Shown here piece by piece: positions 31,935-37,255 of a stretch of DNA of 37,255 nt; the first letter of the stretch is position 1; every line of letters begins with the position of its first letter. The notes beneath the pieces were generated by a model, which saw only the letters and a list, made by a program, of their open reading frames with translations, searched no databases and had not been told where the DNA came from. This DNA is from a virus: the IMG/VR virus record IMGVR_UViG_3300006145_000053. One strand, given 5' to 3'. A program made the translations under genes and the position numbers.

Positions 31935-32486
31935 ATGACAGAAGCGCAAAAAAGATTTTGTAATGAATATTTAGTAGACCTTAATGCAACAAGAGCATAT
32001 AAGGTTGCTTATCCTAATTGCAAAAAAGATGAAACAGCAAGTGCAGCTGGAAGCAGAATGTTAGGAAATGTTAAGGTTAAAGAATATATTACACAAAGAC
32101 AAGAAGAACTACAAAAAGAAACAGAAGTAACACAACAGAAAGTAATAAATGAATTAGCAGCAATAGCATTTTTTAATATTAAAAATATCTACAATGATGA
32201 TGGAAGTTTAAAATCAATGAAAGATATAGATAATAAAACAGCAAAAGCTATTTCTAGTGTTAAAATATTGCAAAAAGCAGGAAGTATGAAAATAAGTATA
32301 AAGCCAAATGGAAAAGATGATGAAGTACCAATAGAACATATAGGAGAACAAACAATAGAATACAAAACAAACGACAAAAAAGGTGCTTTAGAATTATTAG
32401 GAAAGCATTTAGGAATGTTTAATGATGTAAATTTAAATATGAAAAATGCAGTACAAGTTGAATTAGTAGATGATGTAAATGAATAA
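31935..32486 (+). CDS. terS: Terminase small subunit (P27/Terminase_2 family)
   Basis: MTEAQKRFCNEYLVDLNATRAYKVAYPNCK... Confidence 0.85.
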   Translation: MTEAQKRFCNEYLVDLNATRAYKVAYPNCKKDETASAAGSRMLGNVKVKEYITQRQEELQKETEVTQQKVINELAAIAFFNIKNIYNDDGSLKSMKDIDNKTAKAISSVKILQKAGSMKISIKPNGKDDEVPIEHIGEQTIEYKTNDKKGALELLGKHLGMFNDVNLNMKNAVQVELVDDVNE

Positions 32487-33798
32487 AGAAAGAATAAGTT
32501 TACAAGAACAAATAGGAAAAGGCTATGCCACATTTTGGAACTTTAAAGGTGACGAAGTAATCTTAATGGGTTCAAAAGGTAGTAAAAAGTCTAAAACTAT
32601 AGCATTAAGATGGATGTACTTATTAAAAAAATATCCAAGAGCTTGTTTACTAGCTACAAGAGATACAGCAGCAACATTAAAAGATAGTGTATATGCAGAT
32701 TTAAAGTGGGCATGTAGAAAATTAAGATTAGACAAGGAATGGGATTTTAAATTAAGTCCACTAGAAGCAACAAACAAAATAACAGGACAAAAGATATTTT
32801 TTAGAGGATTAGATGATTGGCAAAAGATAGCATCAATAACAATAGATGACCCTGATTTAGTATTATGTTTTGAATGGTTTGAAGAAGCTTTTGAAATAGT
32901 AAAAGAAGAAACTTACAATAATACAAGAATGTGTTCAAGAGGATTACTTCCAGAAGGATATTTTAGACAAACAGTAGCAAGCTTTAATCCGTGGAGTAAT
33001 CAACATTTTATAGTTAAAAAATTGACATCAAGATTAACTCCTGATGAAAATACATTACTTAAAGAAGGAAAGCAAGAATTAATAGTTGAAGAAGAACAAG
33101 AATTTGAATATTTAGGAAAACAAGTAAAAGAAAAGACAAGTCAATTATTAATGATAACTAATTATAAACTTAACGAGTTCCTAGACATAAAAGATTATGC
33201 AGCATACGAGAAAATGCGTAAGGAAGATTACGAAAGATATAAAACAGCAGGATTAGGCATGCCAGGTATTGCATTAGGATTAATATTTAAAAAATGGCGT
33301 ATTGAAGATACAGAAAAATATAAGAATACATTTGAATTAATAAGGAGAGGTTTGGATTTTGGATATAGTTCTGACCCTTCTTCTTTTTTACAGTTTAGTG
33401 TAGATACAAAAAATAAAAAAATATATGTATTTGATGAATTTAGTGCTTGTGAATTAGATAATGAACAACTGGCAAATGCAATTAGACCAAGAATGCCTGC
33501 TTATGCTTTAGTTAAAGCAGATAGTGCAGAACCAAAATCAATAGCAGAGTTAAATAAATATGCAATAAATGCAATACCTGCATTAAAAGGTCCAGACAGT
33601 GTGTTACATGGTATTAAATGGCTACAAGGTTATGAAATAATAGTAGATCCAAAATGCACAGGATTAATAGAAGAATTAGGATTATATAGATGGAAAGTTG
33701 ATAAATATGGCAATCCATTAGAAATTCCAGAAGATAAAAACAATCATAGAATAGATGCACTTCGTTATGGAAGTGATGATCTATATTTAGCAAGCTAG
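32479..33798 (+). CDS. terL: Terminase large subunit (PBSX/Terminase_3 family)
   Basis: 439 aa, overlaps terS. ATPase and nuclease architecture, with HRIDALRYG near the C-terminus. Confidence 0.85.
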   Translation: MNKERISLQEQIGKGYATFWNFKGDEVILMGSKGSKKSKTIALRWMYLLKKYPRACLLATRDTAATLKDSVYADLKWACRKLRLDKEWDFKLSPLEATNKITGQKIFFRGLDDWQKIASITIDDPDLVLCFEWFEEAFEIVKEETYNNTRMCSRGLLPEGYFRQTVASFNPWSNQHFIVKKLTSRLTPDENTLLKEGKQELIVEEEQEFEYLGKQVKEKTSQLLMITNYKLNEFLDIKDYAAYEKMRKEDYERYKTAGLGMPGIALGLIFKKWRIEDTEKYKNTFELIRRGLDFGYSSDPSSFLQFSVDTKNKKIYVFDEFSACELDNEQLANAIRPRMPAYALVKADSAEPKSIAELNKYAINAIPALKGPDSVLHGIKWLQGYEIIVDPKCTGLIEELGLYRWKVDKYGNPLEIPEDKNNHRIDALRYGSDDLYLAS

Positions 33799-33810
33799 GA
33801 GGATATTAAA

Positions 33811-35322
33811 ATGGCAATACAAAGTCAAATAATAAAAGATTTAATAACAAATTTTAATCTATCAGACATAAAAAGAAAAATGATAGAAGGTGAAAGATAT
33901 TTTAGAAATCAAAACGATATATTAAAAAAAGATTTAAAGTCATATAAAGTCTATGATAAGAATACAGGAAATACTGTAACAAAAACTAATGAAAATAAAT
34001 CAGACCAACATTTACCTCATGGCTTTTATACTAAGCAAGTGAATCAGAAAAAAAGTTATGTGTGTGGAAAAACATTAACGCTTACATATAATATTCCAAC
34101 AATAGGAGAAAAAAGTGAAGTTGATAAAAATGTAGAAAGAAAAATAACAGATATGGTTTGGACTATGTTAGGTTTTAAATTTGAAAAACTTATTAAAAAT
34201 AGACTAAAAGAAGCTTCTAATAAAGGCAGAGCATGGATACATCCTGATTATAAAGATGGAAAACTCGTATTTAAAAAAATACCTAGTGAAGAGTGCATAC
34301 CAATTTATGATAATGAAACTCAAAGTTTTTTAGAAGGATTTATTCATTTTTATACTATACAAGATTTAACTGGAGATAAGCCTGTAGATAGAATATATGT
34401 AGAATATTGGGATGAAAATGAAGTAAGGTATTATATTGAAACAAAAGTAGGTGATACTACTGTATATTTAGAAGATGTAACAAGACCTAGACCAGAATGC
34501 CATTGGTATAGAGAAATATATGATAGTGCATTAAATAATCTTAAAGAAATAGAAAAACATAGTTGGGGAAGAGTGCCTTTTGTAGAAATAGAAAACAATG
34601 AAGAAAAAATGACAGACTTAGAACCAATAAAACCTCTAATAGATGCATACGATTTAATAAATAGTAATTTTGTGAATACTGTTGAGGATTTAAAAGAAAT
34701 AATATGGCTTATTAATGGATATGGAGCAGAAGACTTATTACAATTAATTGAAAATTTAAAAGTAAATGGAGTTGCAAGAACAAATGATACTGCTGGAAAA
34801 ATAGATGCTAAATTATTACCAATTCCATATGAAGCAAGACAAGCATTATTAAAAGGGTTAAAAGAGCTTATATATGAGTTTGGAAGAGCAGTAGATACAA
34901 GTAATAAAGATTTAATAGGACAAGCTCCTAGTGGAGTATCGCTAGAATTTTTATATACAGACTTAGATATGAAAGCTGATGATGCAATAGGAGGTCTTAC
35001 AAGTGCAATATATGAAATTTTGTGGTATGTATTACAAGATTTAAAAATGCGAGGTAAGATACCAGAGGAAATAGATGAATTTGATTTTAAAATTGAATTT
35101 AATAAATCAAGAATATTTAATGAAACTGAGAAAGTAACTACATTGAGCAATGATAATGTAATGAGTATTAGAAGCAAATTAGAAAAACATCCTTATGTAG
35201 ATGATGTAGATATAGAAATGCAAAGACTTAAAGAAGAAAAAAAAGAAAATATGAAAATGCAAAGTCAAATATTTAATGCTTCTGGTGGATTTAATGATAA
35301 TCATAATCATGACACCGAATAG
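33811..35322 (+). CDS. Portal protein (SPP1 gp6-like)
   Basis: 503 aa, follows terL. Confidence 0.8.
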   Translation: MAIQSQIIKDLITNFNLSDIKRKMIEGERYFRNQNDILKKDLKSYKVYDKNTGNTVTKTNENKSDQHLPHGFYTKQVNQKKSYVCGKTLTLTYNIPTIGEKSEVDKNVERKITDMVWTMLGFKFEKLIKNRLKEASNKGRAWIHPDYKDGKLVFKKIPSEECIPIYDNETQSFLEGFIHFYTIQDLTGDKPVDRIYVEYWDENEVRYYIETKVGDTTVYLEDVTRPRPECHWYREIYDSALNNLKEIEKHSWGRVPFVEIENNEEKMTDLEPIKPLIDAYDLINSNFVNTVEDLKEIIWLINGYGAEDLLQLIENLKVNGVARTNDTAGKIDAKLLPIPYEARQALLKGLKELIYEFGRAVDTSNKDLIGQAPSGVSLEFLYTDLDMKADDAIGGLTSAIYEILWYVLQDLKMRGKIPEEIDEFDFKIEFNKSRIFNETEKVTTLSNDNVMSIRSKLEKHPYVDDVDIEMQRLKEEKKENMKMQSQIFNASGGFNDNHNHDTE

Positions 35323-35338
35323 GAGGTGTTATTTTTTT

Positions 35339-36980
35339 ATGGCAAGAAAACCGACAGATTATTGGGAAAAACGTTCTACAGAATTAATGAAAAGAATTGA
35401 AAGAGGAACAGAAAACACAATTAATTCATTAATTAAAGCTTATGAACAAGCAACAAAAGATATAAATAAAGAAATACAAAAGATATTTGTAAATTATACT
35501 AAAGATACAAAATTAAAAAAAGAAACATTATTAAAAATGCTTTCAAAAAAAGAAACAGAACAATATTATAAAAATTTATTAGAAGTAATAAATAACAATA
35601 TAACAGACGAAATCATAAAAAAGAAACTGTTAGCAAAATATAATGCTCCTGCCTATGCTTATCGTATTTCACGATATGAAGCATTACAACAAAATATTGA
35701 TGTAGAATTGAAAAAACTGGCTAATATAGAACAAAAAATAACAGAAGTACAATATGTAGATACAATAAAAGAAGGGTACTATCACAATATATATGATATA
35801 CAGAAAGGCACAGGATTAGGATTTAGTTTTGCTCAGATAGATAATAGAACAATAAATCTAATGCTTAATGAAAATTGGGTTGATAACGCAAACTTTTCTC
35901 AAAGAATATGGAATAATAATGAAAAATTAGGAAATTATCTAAGAACTCAATTAACAGCTGATACAATGTCAGGTAAATCAATAGCTAAAATAGCAAGTGA
36001 ATTATCTGAATATATGAATGTAGGATTATATAATGCTACTAGACTTGTAAGAACAGAAGTAAATCATTTTGGCAACGAAAGCGAAATGTTAGCATATGAA
36101 GAATTAGACATTGAGAAATATAGATTTATTGCCACATTAGATAAAGTGACTTGTAAGCATTGTGCAGAATTAGATAATAGAGTATTTAACGTAAAAGATA
36201 GAAAACCACGGAAAAAATTATCCACCAATCCATTCGAACGATAGATGTACTACTGTAGCTGTATTTGATGACGATACAATAGAAGAACTACAAAGAAGGG
36301 CTAGAGATGAAAATGGAAAATCTATATTAGTGTCACAAGATATGGACTATGAGCAATGGAATAAAGAATATAAGCCAAAGTTAATATTAAACCAAGGAAA
36401 TAGTAAAAGTAGAAAAGAAAAAATGAATTGGCAAGAACATTATGAAAAATTACAAAGTACAGTAATCAAACCACTATTACACAATACAAAGTTAAAAAGT
36501 TATAGAATTAATAAGTATCAAAACAAGATAATGGAGTTATATAAAAATAATGGAAATGAAAACATGTGTATATTAAATTCAAAAACAGGAGAATTAATAG
36601 GAAATATTACTAATGGAAGAAATAAAACAACAGTAGGATTAGATGCTAAAACAATGATAAAAATGTTGACTAAAAGAAGTAAATCTATTATTATGATACA
36701 TAATCATCCTATAAATTATTCATTTTCTTTAACAGATATAAAGGCATTTAATAGATTTAAACAAGTAGATACAATGATATTATTAACAGATGATTATAAA
36801 TATTATTTAAGAAATAATAATATAAAGTTAAAAGAAAAATTTATTGAGGATACATATAGAAGAATTGAAAAAGAGATAAAAAAGAAGTACAATAACTTAA
36901 ATGGAACAGAAAGAAGAGATTTAGTAAATCAAAAATTCTTTAAGAAAGTGAGATGGATATATGAAAAAGAGAAAAATTAA
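35339..36980 (+). CDS. MuF/SPP1 gp7-like minor head protein with a JAB-like C-terminal domain, +1 shift at CGG 36209..36211
   Basis: The junction ...VKDRKP[C]GKNYPPIHSNDRCTTV restores the PP-H-N-RC MuF motif. The C-terminal domain contains IMIHNHPINYSFSLTD. Confidence 0.75.
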
Positions 36981-37088
36981 GGGATATAAAAAAGGTAATA
37001 TGAGATTTAAGCAAGGAATTACTATTATTTTTGATGATAGTGAAATACTAAAATAAATTAGTTATTAAAGTTTAATATTTATAAATGC

Positions 37089-37116
37089 AAGACGTAGAAA
37101 TACGTCTTATTTTTAT
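37089..37116 (+). terminator. Rho-independent terminator 1 after the head morphogenesis gene
   Basis: AAGACGTA-gaaa-TACGTCTT followed by ATTTTT. Confidence 0.65.
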
Positions 37117-37148
37117 GCCTTAGATAGTGAAGTCTAAGGCATTTTATT
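37117..37148 (+). terminator. Rho-independent terminator 2
   Basis: GCCTTAGA-8 nt-TCTAAGGC followed by ATTTTATT. Confidence 0.6.
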
Positions 37149-37178
37149 ACTCATTTGCTTGTGAGAATAAATAAAAAG

Positions 37179-37255
37179 AACTTTTCGTACTGGTAGCACC
37201 AGAATAAAAAAGCTAGAAAGGTAGGACCAATTATGGAATGGTTAAAAGAATTATT
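37179..37255. repeat. Terminal direct repeat, copy 2
   Basis: Identical to 1..77. Confidence 0.9.

Overview
The window is a complete, circularly closed genome of about 37.18 kb from a low-GC temperate siphovirus. Bases 1..77 are identical to 37179..37255, which is an assembly overlap. The modules run in this order: scaffold and capsid, head-tail joining, tail (with a canonical -1 G/GT chaperone frameshift), tail fibre, lysis, a minus-strand cargo operon, integrase/attP, the CI/Cro switch, replication and recombination (with an iteron-type origin and homing-endonuclease genes), an ArpU-like late activator, then terS/terL/portal/MuF. The main observation is a genome-wide recoding signature. I found 16 in-frame CGG codons by manual scan, in 11 genes. 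At each one the reading frame moves +1 and resumes on the GGN that starts at the second base of the CGG. About 35 out-of-frame CGG trinucleotides cause no break, and no unbroken ORF on either strand contains an in-frame CGG. Apart from the chaperone site, every fragmented gene in the ORF track is explained by these sites. This fits a hungry-codon +1 shift, 1-nt bypass, or CGGN quadruplet (Gly) decoding. A sequencing artefact has to be excluded from the raw reads. Secondary observations are a par/Fst-like type I toxin-antitoxin candidate upstream of terS, an autonomous membrane-protein moron inside the tail operon, an XRE-controlled three-gene cargo operon, a JAB-like C-terminal domain on the MuF protein, and attP arm-type repeats. 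I saw no tRNA, rRNA or CRISPR array.
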